From contig JAFAXA010000243.1 of assembly GCA_019241425.1 (NCBI GenBank), positions 1-51,258 on the forward strand: DNA of 51,258 nt. The letters are read 5' to 3'. Below are positions 42,855 to 51,258 of this stretch, piece after piece. A program made the position numbers and the translations under genes. A model generated the notes under the pieces. It was not told where the DNA came from. It did no database searches and worked only from the letters and a program-made list of their open reading frames with translations. The stretch is from Acetobacteraceae bacterium. GTDB taxonomy: Bacteria; Pseudomonadota; Alphaproteobacteria; Acetobacterales; Acetobacteraceae. Every line of letters starts with the position of its first letter. Position 1 is the first letter of the stretch.

Positions 42855-43253
42855 TCAGCGTGGGGTCGGGATCAGGATCTCCACGCGGCGGCTTTCGAGC
42901 GCCGAGAGCTGAAAGTCGGTCGGTCCCTGTGCCGTCATGCGGATGCGGTCGCGCGCCACGCCGTCCCGCTGCAACTGGTCGGCCACCACCTGCGCCCGGG
43001 TGCGCGACATGGCGATGTTCGCCTTTTGGCTGCCTTCCGGATCGGCGTAGCCGTTGACGGTCACGGGCGCGTTCGGGTGCTCCTGCGCCCAATTCGCGGC
43101 GGCGGCGACGGTGTTGGTGGCCGGCTGGTCGAGCGCCGCCGACCATTCCTGGAAGAACACCGGGAAGCGCTGGGTGGTCTCCGCCCGGTTCGCGCATGCA
43201 GCCGGCAGGACGAGCAAAGCGAGCAGAGCGAGGCGGCTGGCAGCGGCGCGCAT
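42855..43253 (-). CDS. OmpA-like domain lipoprotein
   Basis: Lipobox LVLPAAC. OmpA_C-like motifs NGYADPEGS...NIAMSRTRAQVV...GV...RI and RRVEILI. Confidence 0.78.
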   Translation of the reverse strand: MRAAASRLALLALLVLPAACANRAETTQRFPVFFQEWSAALDQPATNTVAAAANWAQEHPNAPVTVNGYADPEGSQKANIAMSRTRAQVVADQLQRDGVARDRIRMTAQGPTDFQLSALESRRVEILIPTPR

Positions 43254-43337
43254 CGGCCGAATCCCTTCATGCGTTCGCGGTTCGGCAACCTACCTGCCGC
43301 CATGCTAACCGGCCGTCAATCGCGACCTCGGGGGCGG

Positions 43338-44966
43338 TCAGGCCGCGGCCGCGACCGCGTGCCCCGCCGACAGCCGGTAGGTGCGGTCGAGCCGCTCCAC
43401 GCCGGTCAGGCGATGCGCGATCAGAACGACGCTGCGATCTGCGGCGGCGTCGTTCAGCGTTTGCAGAAACGCGCGTTCCGTTTCGGCGTCGAGACCGGCG
43501 CAGGGTTCGTCGAGGATCAGGATCGGGGCTGGGGACAGCAAGGTGCGGGCGAGCGCGAGGCGGCGCCCCTGCCCGCCGGAGAAGCGGGCGCCGCTTTCGC
43601 CGACCCAGGTGTCGAGCCCGTCCGGGAGTGCCCGCACGACATCGGCGATACGGGCGGTATCGAGAGCGGCCCAGAGCGCCGTCTCGTCGGCGTCGGGGCG
43701 GGCGAGCAGCAGATTGGCGCGGATCGTGTCGTCGAAGAGATGCGTCGTCTGCGAGAGCCAACTCATGCGGGTGCGGAGGCTGGCCGCGGTCAGACCGGCG
43801 AGGTCGGTGTCGCCGAGCAGCACCCGGCCGCTATCGGGTGCAACGACCTTCAACGCCAGGGCGGCAAGCGTGGACTTGCCGGAGCCGGATGGGCCGAGCA
43901 CGGCGATCCGGGCGCCCGGCGGCACGTCGAGGTTCAGCCCCTCGAACACCGCCGGCCGCTCCGGCAGCCAGCGGAAGCTGACCTTTTCGAAGCGGAGCCG
44001 GTGAGAGGCGGGCAATGCGCGGGGTGCGAGCGGCTCCGGCACGGCGAGCGGCGCCTCGGCGACATCGAGGATGCGCGCCGCGGCCGCCGCTGCGTGGCCG
44101 GCCAGCACGCCCGCGCGCGGCAACCCCGCGACCGCCTCGAACGCCGCCACGACGAGAAACGCGGCCAGCACCGCCGTCGCGGGATCGGCGGGCGCCGCCG
44201 CCAGCACGAGCAGTACGGCGGCTTGCGAGCTGAGCAGCGCCAGCGCGCCCGCGACGGCCGCCCGGTCGGCCAAGGTTCGTTGCGCGTGCAACAGGTCGGC
44301 TTCCCGCGCCTGCACGGACGCGAGCGCGCGGCCTTCGGCGGCAAAGGCGCGCACTTCGCGCAAACCCGTCAGCGCGTCGAGACCGGCGACGCGCATGGCG
44401 GCCGCGGCATCGGTGATACGGCCACCGGCGGCGACCGTCAGCCGCGAAGCGATGCCCGGCAGCACGAAGCCCGAGAGCACGAAGCAGGCGCCGATGCCGG
44501 CGGCGAGGCGGGGGTCGCGGGCGCCGATCACCACGGTCAGCACGGGCAGCAGCACGATCGCGCCGGCCAGCGGCACCAGGATGCGGAGATAGAGACCGTC
44601 CTGCGCTTCGACATCCGCGACCAGCCGCGCCAGCACCTCGCCGGTGCGCCGAAAGCCGGTGCCGCCGGCGGACCCGGCCGCCAGCTTACGGAAAAACCAG
44701 ACCCGTAGCGAGGCGAGCGCCCGGAAGGTGGCCTCGTGGGTCGCCAGCCGCTCGGCGTAGCGAAGCACGATCCGCCCGACCCCAAGCAGCCGCAACACGA
44801 TCGGCGCGACCAGCGCGCCGGCCAGCAGCGCCTCGCCGACCAGCGCGCCGGATGCCGTCATCAGAGCAATCCCGGCAGCCAGCGAGAGCAGGGAAACGAG
44901 CAGGCCAAGCGCGAGCCATGCCGCCTGCCCGCGCCATAGGCGGACGATGCGGACCAGCGCGCTCAT
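43338..44966 (-). CDS. cydC: thiol reductant ABC exporter subunit CydC
   Basis: Six-TM domain plus Walker A GPSGSGKST, signature FSGGQGRR, Walker B LILDEP. ATG at 44966 overlaps the cydD stop (ATGA). Subunit naming follows operon order. Confidence 0.85.
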   Translation of the reverse strand: MSALVRIVRLWRGQAAWLALGLLVSLLSLAAGIALMTASGALVGEALLAGALVAPIVLRLLGVGRIVLRYAERLATHEATFRALASLRVWFFRKLAAGSAGGTGFRRTGEVLARLVADVEAQDGLYLRILVPLAGAIVLLPVLTVVIGARDPRLAAGIGACFVLSGFVLPGIASRLTVAAGGRITDAAAAMRVAGLDALTGLREVRAFAAEGRALASVQAREADLLHAQRTLADRAAVAGALALLSSQAAVLLVLAAAPADPATAVLAAFLVVAAFEAVAGLPRAGVLAGHAAAAAARILDVAEAPLAVPEPLAPRALPASHRLRFEKVSFRWLPERPAVFEGLNLDVPPGARIAVLGPSGSGKSTLAALALKVVAPDSGRVLLGDTDLAGLTAASLRTRMSWLSQTTHLFDDTIRANLLLARPDADETALWAALDTARIADVVRALPDGLDTWVGESGARFSGGQGRRLALARTLLSPAPILILDEPCAGLDAETERAFLQTLNDAAADRSVVLIAHRLTGVERLDRTYRLSAGHAVAAAA

Positions 44967-46672
44967 GCGGCGCCGCGCGCCGAGACGGCCTGGCCGGCGC
45001 GCAAGTCGAGCCGCCGGCCGCCGCCGAAGGCCTGCGCCGCCGCCGAGTGGGTCGCCAGAATGACGGTGCGGCCGATCGCGAGCCGGCGCAGGCTCGCCAG
45101 CACTTCGCTTTCCGTTGCCGGATCGAGATGCGCGGTCGGCTCGTCGAGCAGCAGCAGCGGGGCGTTTTTGAGGAATGCGCGCGCAACCGCCACCCGCTGC
45201 GCTTGTCCGCCCGAGAGGCCGTACCCGCCCTCGCCCACGCGCGTCTCCAGCCCGTCCGGCAAGCCGTTGGCAAACTCCAGCACGCGCGCGCTGCGGGCGG
45301 CGTCTTCCACCTCGCGGTCGGACGCTTCCGGGCGAGCGAAGCGGATGTTGTCGCGGATGGTGCCGGCGAACAGGACCGGCCGCTGGCCGATCCACGCCGT
45401 CAAACGCGCAAGCGCTTGCGGCACCAGCTCGGCGATATCGGCGCCGTTGATCGTCACCCGGCCGCTATCGGGGCGCACGAAGCCGAGCAGGATCTCGATC
45501 GCGGTCGATTTGCCGGCACCCGACGGCCCGGCCAGGATCAGCGTCTCGCCGGCGGGCACGCGAAAGCTGAGGCCGTCGAGCGCGGGTCCGCGCGCGGGGT
45601 CCCAGGTCAGGCCCACATTTTCGAACGCGACGGCGACGCCGCTCGCGGTGACGGTGCGAACGCGCGCGGGCGGCCCGGGCTCGGCGGGAAGCGGCGGCAG
45701 CGTCGCCAGCGGCCCCGCCGCCCCGGCCGCGTGCAGGCGGTCCTGATAGGCCGCTGCGAAACTCCGGAGCGGCGCGAAGAACTCCGGCACCAGCAGCAGC
45801 ACCGTCATCGCCGCCGCCGGCGAACTCCAGGTGCCGCGCGCGAGGCCGGTGCCGTAGCGGATCGCCAGCAGCACGAGCGCGGCGGCAAGGGCGAGGTCGA
45901 GGCTGGCCGAGGACAGGAACGCCACCCGCAAGACGCGCATCGTGCGCCGGCGCAACTCGTCGGCCGCGGTTTGCAGCCGCCCGGCTTCCGCCGTCGCTTG
46001 CCCCGCGAGCACGATCGTCGCGATGCCGCGCACCCGGTCGACGAATCGCGCCTGCAGCCGCGCGAGTGCCACGAATTGGCGGCGCGATGCGGAGGCCGCG
46101 CCGATCCCCGCGAACGCCATGCCGAACGGGACGAACACGCCGGCAACCGCGAGCACGAACGCCGCCAGCGGATCGGCGAACAGCACGACGCAGGCGACGA
46201 CGGCCGGCCCGAGGACCGCGAGCACCGCCGCCGGTGCCCAGCGGGAAAACAGGCCGTCGAGCGCGTCCACCTGGTCGATGACCAGCGCCGCAAGCTCGCC
46301 CGAATGCGCGCCCCGCAGCACGGACGGGCCGGCATGCAGCAACCGCCCGAGGGCGTCGCTGCGGATGCGCCGCCGGGCCGCCGCCCCCGCGGACCAGGCG
46401 GCGCGTTCGGAGAAGAACGACAGGGCGGCGCGCGCGACCCCGAGCGATGCGAAACACAGGATCAGGGTCGCGGCCGGATAGCCGGGCGGCGCTCCGGTTC
46501 GGGGGGCCAACGCGTCCGCGAGAAGGCGTCCGGCGCAAACCGCCTGCCCCGAGGCTGCCAGGATGGACAGGAGACCGGAGGCGACGACCGGCCATTGATG
46601 GCGCCTGCCAAGCCTGATCTGCTGCCGCAGCCAAAGCTTCGCGGCCTTGTCCCCCTGTCCGTCTCGCGCCAT
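44963..46672 (-). CDS. cydD: thiol reductant ABC exporter subunit CydD
   Basis: TM domain plus Walker A GPSGAGKST, signature LSGGQAQR, Walker B LLLDEPT. Confidence 0.85.
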   Translation of the reverse strand: MARDGQGDKAAKLWLRQQIRLGRRHQWPVVASGLLSILAASGQAVCAGRLLADALAPRTGAPPGYPAATLILCFASLGVARAALSFFSERAAWSAGAAARRRIRSDALGRLLHAGPSVLRGAHSGELAALVIDQVDALDGLFSRWAPAAVLAVLGPAVVACVVLFADPLAAFVLAVAGVFVPFGMAFAGIGAASASRRQFVALARLQARFVDRVRGIATIVLAGQATAEAGRLQTAADELRRRTMRVLRVAFLSSASLDLALAAALVLLAIRYGTGLARGTWSSPAAAMTVLLLVPEFFAPLRSFAAAYQDRLHAAGAAGPLATLPPLPAEPGPPARVRTVTASGVAVAFENVGLTWDPARGPALDGLSFRVPAGETLILAGPSGAGKSTAIEILLGFVRPDSGRVTINGADIAELVPQALARLTAWIGQRPVLFAGTIRDNIRFARPEASDREVEDAARSARVLEFANGLPDGLETRVGEGGYGLSGGQAQRVAVARAFLKNAPLLLLDEPTAHLDPATESEVLASLRRLAIGRTVILATHSAAAQAFGGGRRLDLRAGQAVSARGAA

Positions 46673-46800
46673 GAACGCCCATTAAGTCAGGATCGGCAGG
46701 ATTGACAGCCCGCGCCGCGGGCCGCCCGCACATTCCGGCCCGTTCGTCCCGGCGTTCCGCGGGGGCGACGAGGCTCCTTCCTTGAGGGTCAGAACACGGC

Positions 46801-47079
46801 ATGGATCAAGTGAATCGCGCGGTCACGGCAGGGCTGAACGCCCTCCGCTCACTCTTCGACCTCGTGCTGGCGGGCTTCACCGCGCTCGAAAACTGGTTGC
46901 GCACGCAGTTGGTGACGCTCGGCGTGCCGCGGCAGATGGTGACGGTGCTGCTGATCACGGCGGCGATCGTGCTGGTACTGATCGTGCTGCGGGCCTTCGG
47001 CGGACTGATCCGGGTGCTGATCGTGCTGTTTCTGCTGCTGCTGCTGCTGCACCTGATGTTGCCGGCGTTGCACGCCTGA
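46801..47079 (+). CDS. small membrane protein with a poly-Leu segment
   Basis: An amphipathic N-terminus and two very hydrophobic spans. No family recognised. Confidence 0.4.
   Translation: MDQVNRAVTAGLNALRSLFDLVLAGFTALENWLRTQLVTLGVPRQMVTVLLITAAIVLVLIVLRAFGGLIRVLIVLFLLLLLLHLMLPALHA
47032..47049 (+). repeat. (CTG)6 perfect trinucleotide repeat encoding LLLLLL
   Basis: Read directly from the sequence, in frame within ORF 46801..47079. Confidence 0.9.
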
Positions 47080-47094
47080 GCGGCGGCGACCGCG

Positions 47095-47132
47095 CAAACA
47101 AAGAGGGCGAGACCAAGGATCGGCCTCGCCCT
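47095..47132 (-). terminator. intrinsic terminator downstream of the Met/His-rich protein gene
   Basis: On the minus strand: AGGGCGAG-loop-CTCGCCCT followed by CTTTGTTTG. Confidence 0.5.
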
Positions 47133-47158
47133 TCCGGCTCATCCCGCCGAAGCGGAGC

Positions 47159-47485
47159 CTACATGTTGTCGTTGTGCATCGGCGTCATAGCCGGAGCCGA
47201 CCCGCTGCCCATGCCCGCCGCGTTGCCGGAAGCGCCGGGCGGAACGAAGGTCTGACCGGCCTGCGCCGCCGCCAGGCTCTTCGCATTCAACTGCTCGATC
47301 ATCTGGTCCCCAGTGGGCTGGGCGCCTCGGCTGGTGCCACGCATGGGGGCGTGGTGCATGCGCCCGTGGGTCATCGGCCTCGCGGGTGCGGTGTCCGTAT
47401 CGCTGTTCTGCGCGAGTGCCGGGCCTGCGGCGAGTGCGATGGCAAGGGCGGCAGCGCCCAAGCGCGCGGTTAGGCGAGTGCTCAT
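47159..47485 (-). CDS. secreted Met/His-rich low-complexity protein
   Basis: Signal peptide MSTRLTARLGAAALAIALAAGPALA. The mature part contains MTHGRMHHAPM and APAMTPMHNDNM. Confidence 0.5.
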   Translation of the reverse strand: MSTRLTARLGAAALAIALAAGPALAQNSDTDTAPARPMTHGRMHHAPMRGTSRGAQPTGDQMIEQLNAKSLAAAQAGQTFVPPGASGNAAGMGSGSAPAMTPMHNDNM

Positions 47486-47720
47486 GACGCAAATCTCCTA
47501 TCGTCAACTGTGACGCGTTCAGGCCACGGCCGACCGGTGCAGGCCTCCGCGCCTCTTCGCACAACATCGGAAACTAACGAGCGTTCCCCAATCCCGCGAG
47601 TGACATTCGTTCTTTACTGCACTGTTTCAGCGAGCGGTCGCCGCGAAGACACACCGGGGCGGGAAATTGCCAAGGATGCCCGAGGGCCTCTACCCTCGCC
47701 TGCCGGGGAGGACGGACGGG

Positions 47721-49421
47721 ATGAGCTTCAACACGCTCAGCTACGTTCACGGTGCGGCAACGCAGCCGCTTTTCGGCTGGACGATCGGCCAGTGCCTCGA
47801 CCATGCCATCGAACGCTTCGGCGAGCGGCCGGCGCTGGTCGTCCGCTCCCAGGCCATCCGTTGGAGCTATGCGAAACTGGGCGAGCGGGTCGATGCGCTG
47901 GCGGCGGGTCTCGTCGCCTGCGGCCTGCAACCCGGCGACCGGATCGGCATCTGGTCGCTGAACCGGTCGGAATGGGTGCTGGCGCAGTTCGCGACGGCCA
48001 AAGCCGGGTTGATCCTGGTCAACATCAATCCGGCGTACCGGGCCGCCGAACTCGAATACGCGCTGAACAAGTCCGGCTGCCGCGCGCTCATCACGGCGAC
48101 CGCATTCAAATCGAGCGACTATCTCGGCCTGCTCGAAACTGTGGCGCCGGAGTTGCGCCGCTCGGCGCCGGGTGCGCTCCAAGCTGCGCGGCTGCCGGCG
48201 TTGCGGTCCGTCATCCTGCTGCCGCCGGTCGATCCCACTCTGGGCGTGGAGAACGCCGACGCTCGCGGCACGCTCGCGTTCGACGCGGTTTGTGCGATGG
48301 GCGGCGCGGCGGAACGCGCGCGTCTCGACGAGCTTGCCGCGACGCTGCAATTCGATGACGGCATCAACATCCAGTTCACCTCGGGAACGACCGGCGCCCC
48401 GAAAGGCGCCACGCTGACGCACCACAACATCGTCAACAACGGGTATTTCATCGGCGAGGCGATGCGGCTCTCGGAACAGGACCGGCTTTGCATTCCGGTG
48501 CCGCTTTACCACTGCTTCGGCATGGTGCTCGGGAACATGGCCTGCGTGACCCATGGCGCGGCGATGATCTTTCCGGGCGAAGGCTTCGACCCGCTCCTGA
48601 CCTTGCAAACGGTCGCGGAGGAACGGTGCACGGGCCTGCACGGCGTGCCGACCATGTTCATCGCCGAACTGGAGCATCCGGAGTTCCGCAGCTTCGACCT
48701 GAGCAGCCTTCGCACCGGCATCATGGCGGGCTCACCCTGCCCGATCGAGGTGATGCGCCGCGTGATGGAGAGCATGCATCTGCGCGACATCACCATCGCC
48801 TACGGCATGACCGAAACCAGCCCGGTCAGTTTCCAGACCACGCCGGACGATCCCGTGGAACGGCGGGTCAGCACGGTCGGACGCATCCACCCGCATCTGG
48901 AAGTCAAGCTGGTGGACGGCGCGGGACACATCGTTACGCGGGGCACGCCGGGCGAACTCTGCACGCGCGGCTACTCCGTCATGCTCGGCTACTGGGACGA
49001 CAAGGAGCGTACCGCCGAGGTAATCGACAGCGCACGCTGGATGCACACAGGCGACCTCGCGACGATCGATGAGGAGGGCTATTGCGCCATTGTCGGGCGG
49101 CTCAAGGACATGGTGATCCGGGGCGGCGAGAACATCTACCCGCGGGAGGTGGAGGAGTTCCTCTACACGCATCCCGCTATACAGGACGTGCAGGTGTTCG
49201 GCGTTCCGGATCGGCGGATGGGTGAAGCGCTGTGCGCCTGGGTGCGGCTCCGGCCGGGCGAGGCACTGACCGAAACCGAGCTGGCCGCCTTTTGCCGGGG
49301 CAGGATCGCCCACTACAAGATCCCGTCCCACATCCGGTTCGTCGACGCGTTCCCGATGACGGTGACCGGGAAGGTCCAGAAATACCGGATGCGGCAAGCG
49401 ATGGCGCTGGAATTGGGATAA
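47721..49421 (+). CDS. AMP-dependent acyl-CoA synthetase/ligase
   Basis: AMP-binding motif [26 protein letters not shown] and [13 protein letters not shown]. Start at MSFNTL (47721). Confidence 0.9.
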   Translation: MSFNTLSYVHGAATQPLFGWTIGQCLDHAIERFGERPALVVRSQAIRWSYAKLGERVDALAAGLVACGLQPGDRIGIWSLNRSEWVLAQFATAKAGLILVNINPAYRAAELEYALNKSGCRALITATAFKSSDYLGLLETVAPELRRSAPGALQAARLPALRSVILLPPVDPTLGVENADARGTLAFDAVCAMGGAAERARLDELAATLQFDDGINIQFTSGTTGAPKGATLTHHNIVNNGYFIGEAMRLSEQDRLCIPVPLYHCFGMVLGNMACVTHGAAMIFPGEGFDPLLTLQTVAEERCTGLHGVPTMFIAELEHPEFRSFDLSSLRTGIMAGSPCPIEVMRRVMESMHLRDITIAYGMTETSPVSFQTTPDDPVERRVSTVGRIHPHLEVKLVDGAGHIVTRGTPGELCTRGYSVMLGYWDDKERTAEVIDSARWMHTGDLATIDEEGYCAIVGRLKDMVIRGGENIYPREVEEFLYTHPAIQDVQVFGVPDRRMGEALCAWVRLRPGEALTETELAAFCRGRIAHYKIPSHIRFVDAFPMTVTGKVQKYRMRQAMALELG

Positions 49422-49771
49422 GTCTCCCATTCAATATGACGACCGTCAGTTTTGCCCCGGCCGAGCACAACCTTAAGTTTTCGCTACGACACGTCTTCTA
49501 TTTGTCGGACGATGCAAACTTGCGGGGCGCGCGTGATTATTTCGCACCACACAACCATTGCGATAGAAATTAGCCATCCGGCTTGCTGCCCAGTAACATT
49601 CTATAAGTGCCTGGATCTAAAGTACAAAAGGTACATTGCATGAATGTTATGCGGCCAGGAAAATTGCTCATAGCCAACGGAGCACACTGTGCGTTCAAAG
49701 TCGACGTAAGGCTTGTAGCGCGTTGAATTTGAGTGTTCAGTTACGTTAATAGACGGCGTCACCAACCTAGG

Positions 49772-50065
49772 ATGTCCGTTATGGCCCGCGTCTTCTCCGC
49801 CGAGTTGTCCCGGCGGTCGCTCTTCCTGGCAGCCGGGCGGATTGAACTCGCCGGCGAGTGGCGGACGGCGGACTGGCCGCGCCAGTGGTCCTACCTCGTC
49901 GAACCGGGATCCCGCGAGCTTTGGCTGGGACGGCTTTATATCTGCGTTGCGCGCAAGCGCGCCTCACATTCGCTGGCGGTGGCCTCCCAGCACGTAGGAA
50001 CGGAAGCCGCGGCCGCGCGGGAGTGCCAAATCCTGTCTTTCAAGGCCCCGGTCCGGGCCATTTAG
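49772..50065 (+). CDS. hypothetical protein (weak call)
   Basis: An ORF with GC-rich third positions, starting at the edge of the AT-rich patch. No family and no convincing RBS. Confidence 0.25.
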   Translation: MSVMARVFSAELSRRSLFLAAGRIELAGEWRTADWPRQWSYLVEPGSRELWLGRLYICVARKRASHSLAVASQHVGTEAAAARECQILSFKAPVRAI

Positions 50066-50125
50066 AACCGACTGATTTCACCCGCCGTTGCGGCCCGGTC
50101 CGGCGACTGCTAGACGGGCCGCGGC

Positions 50126-50202
50126 CGGAGCGTAGCGCAGCCTGGTAGCGCATCAGTCTGGGGGACTGGGGGTCGTGGGTTCGAATCCCGCCGCTCCGAC
50201 CA
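50126..50202 (+). tRNA. tRNA-Pro (anticodon GGG), CCA encoded
   Basis: Acceptor CGGAGCG/CGCTCCG, D-arm GCGC/GCGC, anticodon loop CTGGGGG, T-arm GTGGG-TTCGAAT-CCCGC; 77 nt. Confidence 0.92.
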
Positions 50203-50334
50203 CCGACTGGCGGTCCGGTCCGATACATAGACCCCGTCGCGTGCGCCCCCGTCTGCCCTTCCTGGCGCCATCGCTAAAACCTCACGCCGACCGTCGCCTC
50301 CGAGCCGGTGCAAGGGTGGCGGGAGCGGGGAAGC

Positions 50335-50577
50335 TTAGTTGGGCGCCGAAACCAGGTGGCGAGACGGCTCCGGTATTGGCCGGCCCAGCGCTTGCGCTTC
50401 CTCGAGCCACGCCGCGATCGCGTCACCAACGTTCCGCGCGGCCAATTCGCGCGTTTCCCCGTCCGACATGCAGCCGGGCAAATCGGCTACCGTCGCGAGC
50501 CAGCCGCCCCCTTCTTCGCGCGGCAACGGCTCGATCAGCACGGGATAGTCAAAATCGGCCACCAACTCCTCCGGCAC
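50335..50577 (-). CDS. hicB: HicB-family antitoxin (80 aa)
   Basis: YPVLIEP...GGWLATVADLPGCMSDGETRELAARNVGDAIAAWLE is the typical HicB N-terminal fold signature. Confidence 0.8.
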   Translation of the reverse strand: MPEELVADFDYPVLIEPLPREEGGGWLATVADLPGCMSDGETRELAARNVGDAIAAWLEEAQALGRPIPEPSRHLVSAPN

Positions 50578-50578
50578 T

Positions 50579-50801
50579 TCAAGGAACTCGCACCAGCTTG
50601 CGAATATACACCGGCTTGATTGTCCGCGCGCGGGCGATCGTCAGGATCTCGCCCATCGCAGGATGAGAAACCTTTTGTGCGATCCGCCGCCGGACGGGGG
50701 ATGCAGCGGGCACCGGCGCGAGCGCAGACCACCTCCACATCCTGGATCGTCCAATCTGCTGCCGGGTTTCGGCGCATTCGGTCGAGAACGTCGTCGGGCA
50801 T
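50579..50801 (-). pseudogene. hicA: HicA-family toxin gene requiring two -1 frame changes
   Basis: Three consecutive frames join to MPDDVLDRMRRNPAADWTIQDVEVVCARAGARCIP/PSGGGSHK/KVSHPAMGEILTIARARTIKPVYIRKLVRVP (74 aa). The breaks fall at a C5 run (50696-50700) and an A4 run (50673-50676). 223 nt + 2 = 75 codons. Confidence 0.55.
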
Positions 50802-50832
50802 TGTACATCCGGCTTGAGGCGAACGGGGAACC

Positions 50833-50848
50833 TGGCACCTGCAATGCA
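50833..50848 (+). promoter_or_regulatory. sigma-54-like -24/-12 element
   Basis: TGGCAC-ctgca-ATGCA against the consensus TGGCAC-N5-TTGCA. No credible plus-strand gene lies downstream. Confidence 0.2.
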
Positions 50849-50965
50849 TGCTGGGTGATGCGTGAAACGGCGCGGAACGGCGCCGGTGCTCGTCACTCTA
50901 TCCTTTGAAAGGGCGGCGACGAAGCGAAGGCGTTGGCGATCTATCCGGGACGGTCTTGTTGGCAC

Positions 50966-51258
50966 CTACCCGAGCGCGTTCCGGATGGCGATCAGTTCAT
51001 CCAAGGTTTCCGCCAGCACAGCGCGAAGGCGTTCCGCTTCGCGCTCGACGCGTTCCCGGCGCACCCCCGCCCTGCCCGGGGCCGGTGCCGGTTCGGCGAC
51101 CGGCAGGCCTGGCAAGGAAGGCTCCTTTTCGGGGACGGCAGTCTCGGCCTCCAAGCCGTCCTCGGCCTGATCTTCCGGGGCCGGCGGTGGGATGTCGTCG
51201 GAGAGCTTCCCGCCCCCCTCCCGCAGCAGCCGCTGCACGCCCTTGATCGTGTAGCCCT
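50966..51258 (-). CDS. MerR-family transcriptional regulator, C-terminal part; N-terminus lies beyond the right edge
   Basis: Reading in from the window edge gives GYTIKGVQRLLREGGG, the typical end of the MerR HTH/coiled-coil region, followed by an acidic Pro-rich tail. Confidence 0.7.
   Translation of the reverse strand, partial: GYTIKGVQRLLREGGGKLSDDIPPPAPEDQAEDGLEAETAVPEKEPSLPGLPVAEPAPAPGRAGVRRERVEREAERLRAVLAETLDELIAIRNALG

Noticed and set aside
49452-49643. A 63-aa plus-strand ORF (and the 113-aa ORF 49232..49573) inside or entering the AT-rich patch
   Set aside because: Composition and codon usage are unlike the rest of the window. There is no RBS and no family resemblance, and one of them overlaps the end of the acyl-CoA synthetase gene.
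50097-50218. Short motifs CGGTCCGG and CGACTG occurring on both sides of tRNA-Pro in permuted order, possibly att-like
   Set aside because: They are only 6-8 nt each and form neither a direct nor an inverted repeat of the tRNA 3' end. They are compatible with chance in GC-rich sequence.

Overview
This is a densely coding, very GC-rich chromosomal segment. Gene content and synteny look alphaproteobacterial (rpmH-rnpA-yidD-yidC-engB-argB; gltD-gltB; kdsD-lptCAB-rpoN-hpf; def-fmt-truA); that assignment is inference only. All family calls come from reading the supplied translations for diagnostic motifs. No database search, HMM or folding program was run.

Most of the window is core housekeeping:
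- cysE, asparaginase, an EnvZ/OmpR-like two-component pair, argB and the YidC insertase block
- glutamate synthase, tRNA-Leu(CAG), RNase D
- the LPS-export/sigma-54 block, an Hsp20 + DUF1150 pair, def-fmt-truA
- recQ, cydDC, an acyl-CoA synthetase and tRNA-Pro(GGG)

I found no clear defence island, CRISPR array, transposase or integrase. Five patches deserve a second look:
1. A PQQ-dehydrogenase operon (36.7-40.1 kb). Its propeller enzyme has no vicinal Cys-Cys pair but carries a D-x-D lanthanide-type motif. It is followed by a small cytochrome c, a MoxJ-like binding protein and a cytochrome P460.
2. A roughly 580-bp mini-cassette with two tiny membrane-protein genes, bracketed by an imperfect direct repeat. 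One repeat copy spans the recQ stop codon.
3. A FAD monooxygenase interrupted by an in-frame TGA exactly at the conserved Trp of the DAxNLxWKL motif.
4. A KirBac-type K+ channel whose stop codon overlaps the start of an outer-membrane beta-barrel gene.
5. A hicAB module beside tRNA-Pro whose toxin gene needs two homopolymer frameshifts, next to an AT-rich patch.

I also call a ROSE-like RNA thermometer ahead of hsp20. Many long ORFs in the six-frame track are antisense or GC-composition artefacts and were rejected.
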